Shown: positions 27,928 through 37,030, numbered from the stretch's first letter. The stretch: DNA of 64,000 nucleotides from an uncultured virus (IMG/VR IMGVR_UViG_3300022700_000241) (IMGVR_UViG_3300022700_000241); one strand, 5' to 3'. Translations and numbers: made by a program. Notes: generated from the sequence alone by a model not told the origin.

Positions 27928-28334
27928 ACTGTGGGGTAGGGGGTTTGATTGACGTTCTCGTGAGCGTCCTCAATTTCTGCCCACTCCCAGGACTCGGAGA
28001 AAAGCAGAAAGAGGTGAACGATCTGCTCGGTAAGCACCCTTCGGTGCTCCCACAGATCGGAGTTGGACTCGAAAGGGTGCTCGTCCGGGAAGAGCGGGTC
28101 GTCATCTGCGGGCCGCTGGCCCGGGGACTCGATCTCCGCCTCGATCCGGTCGAGCATGTCGGAAAGGGTCGTGAACCCGCCGCCATCCCCAAGGATCTCA
28201 ACGCGGCGGTCCCACTGCTCTTTCGAGTCGTCAATCTGCTCTTCGGAACGGTCGGTCGCGCGGAGCACCTGTTCGTAAGCCTCCGCAAGATGGTATTTGA
28301 CGAATGAGTCGGGAAGGTAGTCGGAAGTAGCCAT
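27924..28334 (-). CDS. hypothetical protein
   Basis: Acidic ORF, 4-nt overlap with next gene. Confidence 0.65.
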   Translation of the reverse strand: MATSDYLPDSFVKYHLAEAYEQVLRATDRSEEQIDDSKEQWDRRVEILGDGGGFTTLSDMLDRIEAEIESPGQRPADDDPLFPDEHPFESNSDLWEHRRVLTEQIVHLFLLFSESWEWAEIEDAHENVNQTPYPTV

Positions 28335-28353
28335 CGGTTGTCCTGTCGGTTGG

Positions 28354-28569
28354 TTAGGGGTTTACGATTGGGCCTTCGCCCGGGCGCCCGACGCCGGGGT
28401 CCCGCCCGTGCTCCTGGGCGAGCCGAGACGCGGTGTTGTGATCGTCCTTGAGGCGCTGGCCGGTGCCGCTGTGCGGAGCGCCGCACGACGGGCAGTTGTT
28501 GACGAGGTTGTCGTAGAGCGGGATTTCTTCCCCGCAGTCCGAGCATTCTGTGGTTGGAGTCCCTGGCAT
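28354..28569 (-). CDS. zinc-ribbon protein
   Basis: CSDCG...CPSCGA...GQRL. Confidence 0.65.
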   Translation of the reverse strand: MPGTPTTECSDCGEEIPLYDNLVNNCPSCGAPHSGTGQRLKDDHNTASRLAQEHGRDPGVGRPGEGPIVNP

Positions 28570-28576
28570 AGGATTG

Positions 28577-28810
28577 TCAGTTGACGTTTCGAGTGAGTTC
28601 GACGGTCCCGCCTTTAGCCTCCATCACGAGGCCGTCGTCTGACTCATACCGTCCGCCTGCGAGGCGGGCCGCAAGGCGAAAGCAGAGGTTGGCGTAGGCG
28701 CTGTTCCCCTCCTTCATCGAGCCGACGCCCTCCCCGACGAGCCATTCGGCAACGAGCGCCGTGTGTTCGTCGGACAGGCTGTTCTGTAGGCGCTGTAGAT
28801 CAGTGCTCAT
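28577..28810 (-). CDS. hypothetical protein
   Basis: Small coupled ORF. Confidence 0.55.
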   Translation of the reverse strand: MSTDLQRLQNSLSDEHTALVAEWLVGEGVGSMKEGNSAYANLCFRLAARLAGGRYESDDGLVMEAKGGTVELTRNVN

Positions 28811-29481
28811 CGGCCTTTCTCGCTGGAGTATTCGCTGGGCAGATGCGGGTCCATCTCCTCCAAGTCACGGATGAGGCGCGTCGTCCGAAGTGAGTCTTCC
28901 CGGGAAATCCAGTCAGGCCGCCCCGGAAACTCTGGAAAGAACATAACCCCCTCACCTTCCGGGGTGAAGGCTTCGGGCACACGGCGAATTACGTCCCCCG
29001 ACGGAAGAGAAAACGTGTCCTCTGCGAGGTACTTCGAGCGGAGATCCTCATCCATGAAACGAACCTCTCGGCGCGTCGCGTGGCGGGAGACGAACCCCCA
29101 GAACATCTCCGAGGCGTGAACCAGCGCCGCCTCGTAAAGGGTGTCCTGCATCTTCGTCTCGTAGGGCACCCCCTCCACCTCTTCGGTGTCGGTAATCGAC
29201 ACGTCGTAGCAGCGAGCGAGATACTTTTCGTGCCACTCCTGGCCGTACCGGTGCAATTCATCCTGGAGGATGGCCATGATCTCTTCCGGGCTATTGTAGT
29301 TGGGAGAGATGCCATCGCTTATCATCGAGTTGAGCATCATCCCCTGGACCGTCAGCGCGAGGTCGTAGATGTCGATCTCGTAGCCGCTGCTCGTCCGGTG
29401 CGTGACGTGCGGGTCGCTGGATTTTTGATCCGGGCGAATGGGGGCTTCCTCTGGAATGCGATACTCGGTCGGATCTGGCAT
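28807..29481 (-). CDS. hypothetical protein
   Basis: Acidic 224-aa ORF. Confidence 0.7.
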   Translation of the reverse strand: MPDPTEYRIPEEAPIRPDQKSSDPHVTHRTSSGYEIDIYDLALTVQGMMLNSMISDGISPNYNSPEEIMAILQDELHRYGQEWHEKYLARCYDVSITDTEEVEGVPYETKMQDTLYEAALVHASEMFWGFVSRHATRREVRFMDEDLRSKYLAEDTFSLPSGDVIRRVPEAFTPEGEGVMFFPEFPGRPDWISREDSLRTTRLIRDLEEMDPHLPSEYSSEKGR

Positions 29482-29517
29482 GAGTCAGTCTTTGCTTAGG
29501 AGAGGAGGGAAGTCGAT

Positions 29518-29958
29518 CTACGACAAGGCGTGGGAGAACTCATTCCCGTTTATCTCATCGAGAATCTGGTCCCTCTGCTCTTCATTGTCGTAGGTTTCCG
29601 CATCGGAGGGAGAAATCCACGTTTGGCCGTACCTCGTATCTACGAGCACCCGATGCTCTCCGGTGTACCGGAGCGCTTTGCGGGCAAGCTCTGGGGGCAC
29701 CCCGTCTTCTGGGCCGTACGCTCGGGCGAGAAGATCCGAGATGAGCTTCCGCGGAGTCTCTCGGTCCTCATTGTGCCATCCGTCCTGCACGAACTTTACG
29801 GCGGAGGTCACGTCGGCAGTCTCTTCCTCTCCAGCAACGCAGATGATGGCGGCAACGTCGGCCCCGCCTTCGGACCCAACTTTCATTGAGCAAAGCGCTG
29901 CATTCATGTCCGCCATCTCCGCGAAGACCTCTTCGATTGTTTTGTCTAAGTAGGACAT
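29518..29958 (-). CDS. hypothetical protein
   Basis: Start at MSYLDK, immediately downstream of the tRNA-like gene. Confidence 0.65.
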   Translation of the reverse strand: MSYLDKTIEEVFAEMADMNAALCSMKVGSEGGADVAAIICVAGEEETADVTSAVKFVQDGWHNEDRETPRKLISDLLARAYGPEDGVPPELARKALRYTGEHRVLVDTRYGQTWISPSDAETYDNEEQRDQILDEINGNEFSHALS

Positions 29959-29993
29959 ATCCTTGTGGTCGTGGTAGAAGGAATGAACTGTAG

Positions 29994-30119
29994 TGGCCGG
30001 GGGAGGACTCGAACCTCCAGCGGCTTGCCCGTTGCCCCGAGTTACTGGGGGAGAAGCTACGCCGCCCTGCCAAGTTGCGCTTTGGGGTCGGCAGGCATTA
30101 CCGATTCTGCCACCCGGCC
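29994..30119 (-). ncRNA. 126-nt tRNA-like RNA with expanded anticodon loop and very long variable arm
   Basis: Acceptor GGCCGGG/CCCGGCC+A; D arm GCAG-AATCGGTAA-TGC; T arm GGAGG-TTCGAGT-CCTCC; no canonical 7-nt anticodon loop; no encoded CCA. Confidence 0.8.
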
Positions 30120-30196
30120 ATGTGGTCGTTAACTGGGCCTTCCCCGGCACGACTAACACCGGCGTAGAGGAGGTTGGCAGGCCCACGCCGCTCTCC

Positions 30197-30901
30197 TCAT
30201 TGCGAGTCGCCAAGCGACTCGAACTCTTCGTAGGACAATTCTCGTCCCAGCATAATCTCGCAAAGGTCCTTTCGCGCCCGGTCGTAGCTATGGGTCACCG
30301 CCGGGGGAAACCCGTCCCCGGGCTCCCACTCGTCGGACGCCCACGAGTCTCCGCCCACCTCGACGATCCACCCGCCCCCGTCCGGCTCAAAGAGGACCGA
30401 CCACCCGCCGATGCCCATCCAGGTGACGTGGCCGAACCCGTATTGCTCACGAAGGCGCGGTTGCTCCATCTCTCTACAGGAAACGAAGGAGCCGGACTCT
30501 TCTCGCCACTCGCTCCACCGGTGCCAGTACCCCACCGAGTTCCCGCCGTAGTACCAGCGCGTTCGGCCAATATCGTCGCGCCTGGGGAGACCGTCGAGAT
30601 AGTCATTCTCTTTGTAGAGACGCACCTTCACCTCGGTCGGAGCAAAGATCGAGTACGTTGGCGGGGAAAACGGCCCGCCCCAACCCGACTCTTTCACGAC
30701 GCTAATCTCACGGACCGGAACGAATGCCTCGACGTACTGGGCGGGGTTCTCTCGACCAAGTGCGAGGCAGACATGACCCGAATCGGTCGGGTAGAGCGCG
30801 CCGTGTGCATCGATCTTCTTGTGACTCGGCGGCACGCCCCCGGCGGGGATGGCCGCCTCGTCGAGAAGCTGGTAACGGTCGCGGTCGTCAACGTGGCTCA
30901 T
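30197..30901 (-). CDS. hypothetical protein
   Basis: Trp-rich acidic 234-aa ORF. Confidence 0.65.
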   Translation of the reverse strand: MSHVDDRDRYQLLDEAAIPAGGVPPSHKKIDAHGALYPTDSGHVCLALGRENPAQYVEAFVPVREISVVKESGWGGPFSPPTYSIFAPTEVKVRLYKENDYLDGLPRRDDIGRTRWYYGGNSVGYWHRWSEWREESGSFVSCREMEQPRLREQYGFGHVTWMGIGGWSVLFEPDGGGWIVEVGGDSWASDEWEPGDGFPPAVTHSYDRARKDLCEIMLGRELSYEEFESLGDSQ

Positions 30902-30955
30902 GGCTCGTCAAAGTTTCGGTCGGACAATCGAAAGTTTCGGTCGCGGCATCCCGTT

Positions 30956-31369
30956 CTATCGCATCCCGCGCCCCATCGCCATGCGGCGCTCCTGGCGCTG
31001 GATCTCGCGGCTGCGGCGGGCGCTCTCTTTGGCGCGGCGCCGCTCAGCGACGATCTCCTCCTGCTCCGCGTTTCTGGGAGTGAGGCTCGGCACCACGCGC
31101 CGCCCACCGCACTCGTTGCAGGGCTGGTCGTAGGCCCCGGAGAAGTATTGCTCCCGAAACCCCGGGTCCATCTCCGAGGGACTGAGCCCTTGCCGGTCGA
31201 TGTTCGGGTTCACGTGCGTGCCGGTGCCCTCGCACGTCGGGCACACCTCAAACTCAAAGGCAACCTCGCCGATAGGGCCGTCCGGCCCCATGACGGTCGC
31301 AACCATCCGGTCAGTGTCGAGCGAGAGGTCCTGGTGTTTGTATTTGGCTTCGTCTCGGCGGTCAGCCAT
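30956..31369 (-). CDS. DnaJ-type zinc-finger phage protein
   Basis: CPTCEGTG...YDQPCNECGG. Confidence 0.75.
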   Translation of the reverse strand: MADRRDEAKYKHQDLSLDTDRMVATVMGPDGPIGEVAFEFEVCPTCEGTGTHVNPNIDRQGLSPSEMDPGFREQYFSGAYDQPCNECGGRRVVPSLTPRNAEQEEIVAERRRAKESARRSREIQRQERRMAMGRGMR

Positions 31370-31397
31370 TGGCTCTGTGGATTGGTCCGTGATTTTG

Positions 31398-31434
31398 TCG
31401 TGCGGTTATACATGGTTTAATACATGCCTGTTCC
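31398..31434 (-). promoter_or_regulatory. repeated promoter (variant)
   Basis: Minus strand GGAAC-aggcatgtaTTAAAcca-TGTATAAC. Confidence 0.7.
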
Positions 31435-31442
31435 GGGGCTAT

Positions 31443-31470
31443 AAAACCCCCAGCCCGCCAAGGCTGGGGG
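31443..31470 (-). terminator. intrinsic terminator
   Basis: CCCCCAGCC/GGCTGGGGG hairpin with T tract on minus strand. Confidence 0.75.
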
Positions 31471-31488
31471 CTCTTGCCCGGGAAGAAG

Positions 31489-32193
31489 CTACAGGGTCAG
31501 CGGAGGCTTGAGTGCTTTCTTGGACTTGATCTCCTCCATGTCTGCCCAGCCGGGCTCCTCGTCTATGATTTTCCGCAGGGCACCTTGCGAGAGATGGTCC
31601 GCATGGCACTTCCGTCGCGGGTGCCACTTCACGTTCTCCTCGCGAAAGCCCTCCTTGAGCGAGTCGCCTGCGTCCTCGCCGAGGCGCCAGTAGATTGCCT
31701 CCAGGTATCGGCTGGCGTAAAGGCGACCGTGCCATGCGTGGGGGACCGGCACAGTGAGATGAATGAGTTCGTGGATGATGGTGCGCTGGTGCCGGGAGAA
31801 CCTCGGAAAGTTGAGATTTCCACTCACGCTGCTACCCCGAGCATTGGCGCGGCGCGCGCCGTTGCCGGGACGGAGCTTGATCCGTCCGGTGCCGTACCGC
31901 CGCTGCCACCATGCCTTCGAGATGATGTCGTAGACCTCACGCGCGACCTCTTCCATGCTGTCATACAACTGCCCGTCGGTCACGTAGCGCTGGGCGTCGT
32001 ATAGCTTCTGGCGCTGGGAGTCCGTTTCGGTCTTGTCCCGGGTTAGCTGGTTGCCCTCAAGAAAGCGGGGCTGGTCGACGAGCCGGTGCCGAGGATGGGA
32101 ATCGTAATCTGCGTCCCACCCGCGGTCGACATTCACGCGCCACTTTCCGTTTCCGATTTTCTCGATGCCGTCTTCAACGATGGCTGTAGCCAT
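31489..32193 (-). CDS. SprT-like / TIGR04338-like HExxH metallohydrolase
   Basis: DSQRQKLYDAQ...IIHELIH...WHGRLYASRYL. Confidence 0.75.
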   Translation of the reverse strand: MATAIVEDGIEKIGNGKWRVNVDRGWDADYDSHPRHRLVDQPRFLEGNQLTRDKTETDSQRQKLYDAQRYVTDGQLYDSMEEVAREVYDIISKAWWQRRYGTGRIKLRPGNGARRANARGSSVSGNLNFPRFSRHQRTIIHELIHLTVPVPHAWHGRLYASRYLEAIYWRLGEDAGDSLKEGFREENVKWHPRRKCHADHLSQGALRKIIDEEPGWADMEEIKSKKALKPPLTL

Positions 32194-32220
32194 TGGATTA
32201 AGGGGTTTTTCCTTGGTATC

Positions 32221-32258
32221 GATGCACTTATTAAACGTGCTTTAATGTCATGTGTTCC
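32221..32258 (-). promoter_or_regulatory. repeated promoter
   Basis: Minus strand GGAAC-acatgacaTTAAAGca-CGTTTAATAAGTGCATC. Confidence 0.85.
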
Positions 32259-32333
32259 GACACCTTGTCACGTGCAATGATGTGCAATCGGCGTGCAAAG
32301 GCCCGTGGTGCCCGAATCGGCCCCACATACAGA

Positions 32334-32370
32334 AAGCCCCCTCCCTGGAGGCCGGTAGCAGGGAGGGGGC
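32334..32370 (-). terminator. intrinsic terminator
   Basis: GCCCCCTCCCTG/CAGGGAGGGGGC hairpin with short T tract, downstream of the subtilase gene. Confidence 0.65.
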
Positions 32371-32435
32371 GCGTGGCGGCGGCTTGCCGCCTTGAGGCGG
32401 CAGGGCGCCTCATGGGCAGAATGTAGCCTGTGTCG

Positions 32436-34070
32436 TTAGGCGTCCGCGGCGTTGTCGATGATCGTTTGCGCCTGCTTCTGCGAGAGCCCGATGGCCTCGG
32501 CAAGCTCCTCGGCGCTTGCGCTGGCCACGTCCGAGGCCGACTGGTACCCGGCCTCCCGAAGCGATTCTGAGCGCGCTGGGCCGACGCCGGTGATGGCTTC
32601 GAGGTCGACGGCTTCGGGCGCGGGATCCTCCTCTTGGGCGGACTCCTCGCCGCCCTTGTCGGCATCCCCATCGTCGATTTCCACGCTGGGAAACTCATCG
32701 ATGAGTGCCTCCGAGAGCGTTTTGTCAGCACCGACCCGCCGCACGTCACCGATCCACTGCCCGTAGTCCGCGGCGGGCTCGATCACCTCGAAGTAGAGGG
32801 GCGAGGGCTCTCCGTCCTCCCCGAAGAGGTAGTCTTCGGTAAATGCCTTGTGCTTGAGGCCCTCCTCTCGCTCTTCGGACCCGTCCTCGACGAAGAAAAT
32901 CTCTGCGGTATCGACGCCGACGACCTGCATTCGGACGTGTTGTTCGGCCATAAAGCCAAGGTCGACGATGAGGTCCACGGTGTCCCCATCAATGACATCT
33001 TCCGCTCTTGCGAGATACGTGTTGAATGTCGCCTCCTCAAGGGTTGGTGGGGACGGATTCTCGTCTTCGGTTCCCGGCTCCTCTCGTGGAGGTTCATCGT
33101 CTGGAGGCGGCCCATCACTGTCGGGTGGTTCCTCCTCATCGCCGGGGGGCTCCTCGCTGTCTGGGGGCTCTTCTTCCTCCGGTGGGCCAACAAACAGGTC
33201 CCCCGGGAGCTTGAGGATCCCCGCCCCGTCGCGCGGGGTCCCATCGATGTCATCGGCCCCGTCGATGAGGCGCTGGTCCCAATCGGACCGCTCGGCGGCC
33301 AGGGCCGTCGCGTAGGCCGCGCTGGCCAAGGGAGCGGCAAACGAGGTGCCGCTTCCCTTTACGAAGTCGGCATCGACCACCCCGCCCATCTTTGTGCCCG
33401 GTGCCCGAGCCATTTTGACGTTCACCCCAACCGTGGCGATGTCCGGGTTGCCCTGGTCCGGGTCGAAGCTCGAAAATCGAGCCGGAGCGCCCTCTTCCGT
33501 GAGCGCCCCCGCAGAGAACGCGAGTCCGCTCGTAGCGGGGGATCCCCCATCGGTCCCAGTATTGCCCGCGGCAACCACGTCATTGACTCCCGCCTGGACG
33601 AGCCGCTCGTGAAGCTGGTTGATTTGCATCACGTTGCGCCGCGCGCCCCAGGACATATTTACGATGTCGATGTCCCCGGCATTTTTGATGAGCCACTCGT
33701 AGGCGCGGCGAATGACAGAGAAGCCCGTGCGCGTCTCCGACCCGAAAATGCGAACGTCGAGAAGCTCGACGTTGGGCGCCATCCGGGAAATGAGGCTGGC
33801 GACGCCTGTGCCGTGACCAACCTTATCCCCCCGACCGCTTCCGCCAGAGGCATCGTAGTTGCCGATCACTTCCGTTCCCTCAAACCACGGGTGCTGGGCC
33901 ACGGCGTCGGGATGTATGCCCGAATCCATGACCGCGACGGTCACCGGGTCAGTGTCCGGCCAATCGTCGGGCCAGTTGTGAAGGGCGGCGATTTCTTCCG
34001 GGAGCGCAAGGTCCTCCTCGCTCGCAGAAATGAGGTCGGGGTCGGTACGGTCGCGAAGGTCAACGTCCAT
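32436..34070 (-). CDS. S8 subtilase fused to degenerate thermonuclease (SNase) domain and C-terminal helix-hairpin-helix domain
   Basis: VAVMDSGI, GHGTGVAS, AAGN, GSGTSFAAP; Pro/Glu linker; VIDGDT...GVDTAE; DLEAITGVGPARSESLREAGY...LAEAIGLSQKQAQTII. Confidence 0.9.
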   Translation of the reverse strand: MDVDLRDRTDPDLISASEEDLALPEEIAALHNWPDDWPDTDPVTVAVMDSGIHPDAVAQHPWFEGTEVIGNYDASGGSGRGDKVGHGTGVASLISRMAPNVELLDVRIFGSETRTGFSVIRRAYEWLIKNAGDIDIVNMSWGARRNVMQINQLHERLVQAGVNDVVAAGNTGTDGGSPATSGLAFSAGALTEEGAPARFSSFDPDQGNPDIATVGVNVKMARAPGTKMGGVVDADFVKGSGTSFAAPLASAAYATALAAERSDWDQRLIDGADDIDGTPRDGAGILKLPGDLFVGPPEEEEPPDSEEPPGDEEEPPDSDGPPPDDEPPREEPGTEDENPSPPTLEEATFNTYLARAEDVIDGDTVDLIVDLGFMAEQHVRMQVVGVDTAEIFFVEDGSEEREEGLKHKAFTEDYLFGEDGEPSPLYFEVIEPAADYGQWIGDVRRVGADKTLSEALIDEFPSVEIDDGDADKGGEESAQEEDPAPEAVDLEAITGVGPARSESLREAGYQSASDVASASAEELAEAIGLSQKQAQTIIDNAADA

Positions 34071-34123
34071 GTCGGCGGAGGGCAGTCTATGATCGTGAGG
34101 TTATCGGATGCGAGGCGGTGAGA

Positions 34124-34498
34124 TTAGTAGTCGGCCTCCACGTCCGGAAACTCGTCGATAAGGGCCTCCGAGAGGCTTTGCTCCGCCCCCACACGCCGCA
34201 CGTCCCCAACCCACCGGTTGTAGTCTCCGCGCTCGTAGGTGCGAAGAATAAGAGGGTACTCCCTCTCGGACTCGACGTTGAGGTAGTCTTCGGTAAAGGC
34301 CTTGTGGCGCTGGCCCTCCTCAAGCTCATTCTCATCGTCTTTGGGGCCGAAGATTTCTGCGGTATCGACCCCCGCAAGACGCACCTCAATCGCCAGGGTC
34401 ACCCCAAATCCAAGGTCGACCACGAGGTCGAAGGTGTCCCCGTCGGTCACGTATTCGAGCCGAGCGCGGTAGACGTACAGGTCTGGGTTCTGGTCCAT
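34124..34498 (-). CDS. thermonuclease (SNase-like) family protein
   Basis: YVYRA...VTDGDT...DLGF...VRLAGVDTAE...DYNRWVG with all catalytic positions present. Confidence 0.88.
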   Translation of the reverse strand: MDQNPDLYVYRARLEYVTDGDTFDLVVDLGFGVTLAIEVRLAGVDTAEIFGPKDDENELEEGQRHKAFTEDYLNVESEREYPLILRTYERGDYNRWVGDVRRVGAEQSLSEALIDEFPDVEADY

Positions 34499-34512
34499 GA
34501 GTTTGAGGTTGG

Positions 34513-36045
34513 TTACGGAATGGCAGTCTCGAAGGTGTAGATAAGCTCGAAGACCTCCCCGTCTTGGATGGTCGTCGTGCCCGGGGTGTGGCGAGCGATC
34601 ATGTGTACGTCCTCCGGGTAATTCTGGTCGTCTCCACCGCCTACGTACAGGCCCGTCTCCTCGATGTCGATGGGGCCGCCGCTTTCGTTTTTGAACCTGC
34701 GGCTAATGTCGAAGGAGTACACGTCCCCCGCCCGGTCTTTCGTGATCGGCTCGACGTGAGAGCCCCCAACCACGAGTTCTCCACTTCGGCGCCCGTGATC
34801 GACCCTTGACTGGAGGGCCTCCAGGGAGTTGTCCGTCGCAAGCGGATCGGTCCCTACCTGCGGGCCAAGCAGGTCGTTGTAGGTGTTGTCATTCGGGTGT
34901 TTGCCGTGGCCTCCCGCCCCAACAGTATAAAAGTCACGGTTTGGGCTCCGGCTTACGCTGGTTCCCCCAATCCGCGAGACCTCGAAAGACGTGTTGGCGA
35001 GGTGCCTGTAGAGGAGGCCCATGAACATTTGCATAAGCCCCCCACCGTTGTTGGAGCACTCAATCTCGTACTGGACGGTAATCGTCGAATTGCTGGGAAC
35101 GGTGATCTGCTTCACGTCCCGGGCGAACGCGACGATCTGGTTGTTCTCCGACTTGTCAAAGTCCTCCCGGAAGCCAGAAGACCACCAGATTTCATTGACG
35201 GTGATGTCGGACGCTTCGTTGTTTGTAAAATCCCTCGACAAAAGCATCGAGGAGCCATTGGGCGAGTTGGCCGGTTGGCTAAGGCTATTCCCCGCCGTCG
35301 AGAACCTGTGGTTTGAAGGGGTGCCGATGGGCCGGTCGATTGTATTTGGCGTCGGATCGTTGCCAAGGATTAACCTGGACCCGGTAAGCGCGCTATTTGC
35401 ATCAAAGGGGTCCCCTACCGGCTCATATCCATTGGAATCGTCGCTTTGCATGGCGATGACCCCGATCTGCTCGATGGCGCTCACGCTCGTTCCAGTGAGG
35501 TCCAGCGCTGTAACCGAGGTGGGACGCCCCGTCCGGTCGTACCCGTCGACCGTGTAAAGCTCAATGAAGTTGCTACCCTCTCCTTGTGGAACAAAAAACA
35601 CCCCAGATAGCTCGGGTGCTTCCGTCTCAATTGCGAGTAGGTTCCCGCTGCCAAAGCTCCCGAGGTTCTGTGCCACCGAGTTTAGGCTTTGCCAAAAGAT
35701 GTCAATTTGGTTGTCGAAATCGTTGCCATCGGAGGTTTGAATGCGTGCGGGGACTACTGACGTGTCGGCGTTCACCGTCACGTTATTTGATGGGCTCTGG
35801 ATATTCGGCGCACCAGCAGGACCATCGAATACAGGTTCCCAGACAGGCCGGAAGCGGTCGTTGTTAAGGTCCGAGTCGTTTGGGAACTCGTTGTAGGACA
35901 TCATCCCGTACAGGATGAGTGGGAACGCCCCGAGGATGCTATCGGCAGGCTCGTCGACAATTACCTCGTCTTCGAGCATCACTTTCTGCCGCAAGGCAAT
36001 ATCGGCAGGGTTTCCAATCTCGATGGTTGGGTTGAGTCGCTTCAT
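34513..36045 (-). CDS. putative virion structural protein
   Basis: Beta-rich, S/T/N/G-rich; two related modules ending SRDFTN...ITVNEI and SRRFKN...IDIEETGL. Confidence 0.6.
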   Translation of the reverse strand: MKRLNPTIEIGNPADIALRQKVMLEDEVIVDEPADSILGAFPLILYGMMSYNEFPNDSDLNNDRFRPVWEPVFDGPAGAPNIQSPSNNVTVNADTSVVPARIQTSDGNDFDNQIDIFWQSLNSVAQNLGSFGSGNLLAIETEAPELSGVFFVPQGEGSNFIELYTVDGYDRTGRPTSVTALDLTGTSVSAIEQIGVIAMQSDDSNGYEPVGDPFDANSALTGSRLILGNDPTPNTIDRPIGTPSNHRFSTAGNSLSQPANSPNGSSMLLSRDFTNNEASDITVNEIWWSSGFREDFDKSENNQIVAFARDVKQITVPSNSTITVQYEIECSNNGGGLMQMFMGLLYRHLANTSFEVSRIGGTSVSRSPNRDFYTVGAGGHGKHPNDNTYNDLLGPQVGTDPLATDNSLEALQSRVDHGRRSGELVVGGSHVEPITKDRAGDVYSFDISRRFKNESGGPIDIEETGLYVGGGDDQNYPEDVHMIARHTPGTTTIQDGEVFELIYTFETAIP

Positions 36046-36060
36046 GGGGCGGGTTGGCCT

Positions 36061-36954
36061 TTACGCCGTGCTTGTGCTTGTGGTCAAAACCGAATCGTCG
36101 ATGGTCTGGGTAATCGTCGTGCTTACCGTGCCGATCTCGACAAGGGATACGTTTGAAATGCCGAAGTTTGTGTCTTCGGCATCGGGCGTATCCTTCGACG
36201 CCGTGCTGTCCCCCACGCTACCGATGGTTTCGGAGAGTGTCGTGTCAATTCCACCGAGGAGTGTAATCGACGCGCTCATGTTGAAGTTCGCGTCCCGGAA
36301 TGTGATCTGGTCACCGGTCACGAAGTAATAGACATCGGACGTAATCGTCGGCACCGAGTCGTCGTAGTCCGCGTCGGCGGTCACCCGAAAGGCGTATAGC
36401 GAGGAGGGGTTGACCGGAAAGAAAAACTCGTGGAACCGCGTTTGGGAGGAGACGCCTTGCTGGGACTGCTGGAAGGTCGGGTCGTCTTCGTTGGCGGGGT
36501 TGCCTACGTACTCGATGTCGAGAGTTGCCTCCATCGTCGTTGTAACGATAACCCGAGCGGTGCCCCCTCGCTCGATCCGATCTCCCTGGGCATCGGTGCG
36601 GCCTTTGTCCTCCTGGCCCATGATGCCCTTGAAGTCGAAGCTGGTGGCGAGTGAGCCGATCCCGACATTTACGCGGCGGCTTTTCTGGTTGCCCGCATCG
36701 TCCTGCGTTTCAATCCGGAAGGTGTAGGTCGTGTAGGTCTCCAGACCCGTAGCATCAAGCTGGAGCGTCACGGTGAGGTCCGATCCGCTGGTGGACTGCG
36801 TGAAGCCGAGCCAGGAGGGGTTCTCCGTTTTAACCTCCTGGCCGTCCTTTGCGATTAGCTTCACCGAGCTAATCGTTGGGTTCGAGCCGGAGAAGTTGAA
36901 CGTCTCGTCGAAGGTAAGCTCCCCCTGGACATTTTTTGTGACGGCTCGTCCCAT
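36061..36954 (-). CDS. putative virion structural protein with FN3/Ig-like domains
   Basis: Thr/Ser-rich; GLETYTTYTFRI and NPSSLYAFRVTA FN3-like strands; start at MGRAVT. Confidence 0.6.
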   Translation of the reverse strand: MGRAVTKNVQGELTFDETFNFSGSNPTISSVKLIAKDGQEVKTENPSWLGFTQSTSGSDLTVTLQLDATGLETYTTYTFRIETQDDAGNQKSRRVNVGIGSLATSFDFKGIMGQEDKGRTDAQGDRIERGGTARVIVTTTMEATLDIEYVGNPANEDDPTFQQSQQGVSSQTRFHEFFFPVNPSSLYAFRVTADADYDDSVPTITSDVYYFVTGDQITFRDANFNMSASITLLGGIDTTLSETIGSVGDSTASKDTPDAEDTNFGISNVSLVEIGTVSTTITQTIDDSVLTTSTSTA

Positions 36955-37030
36955 CGGAATGCGAGGGTTGAGAGATTGAAGGGTAGAGGCTCTAAGTCCT
37001 TCGGAAACGGATTGGTCCCCAAGGTAACGT

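Noticed and set aside
29994..30119. Canonical tRNA or tmRNA
   Set aside because: No 7-nt anticodon loop with U33; no G3-U70 pair, tag ORF or tmRNA length.
29993..31420. Long plus-strand ORFs such as 13-1116, 7855-8817, 29993-31420, 32634-34121, 42697-44097, 47296-48492
   Set aside because: Antisense shadows of real minus-strand genes in GC-rich DNA; L/V/R/G-rich with no motifs, unlike the acidic true proteins.
32221..32258. Haloarchaeal virus with BRE/TATA promoters
   Set aside because: Acidic proteome would fit, but bacterial DnaG, alpha-CTD-like domain, hairpin+T terminators and -35/-10 spacing favour a bacterial host; not fully excluded.
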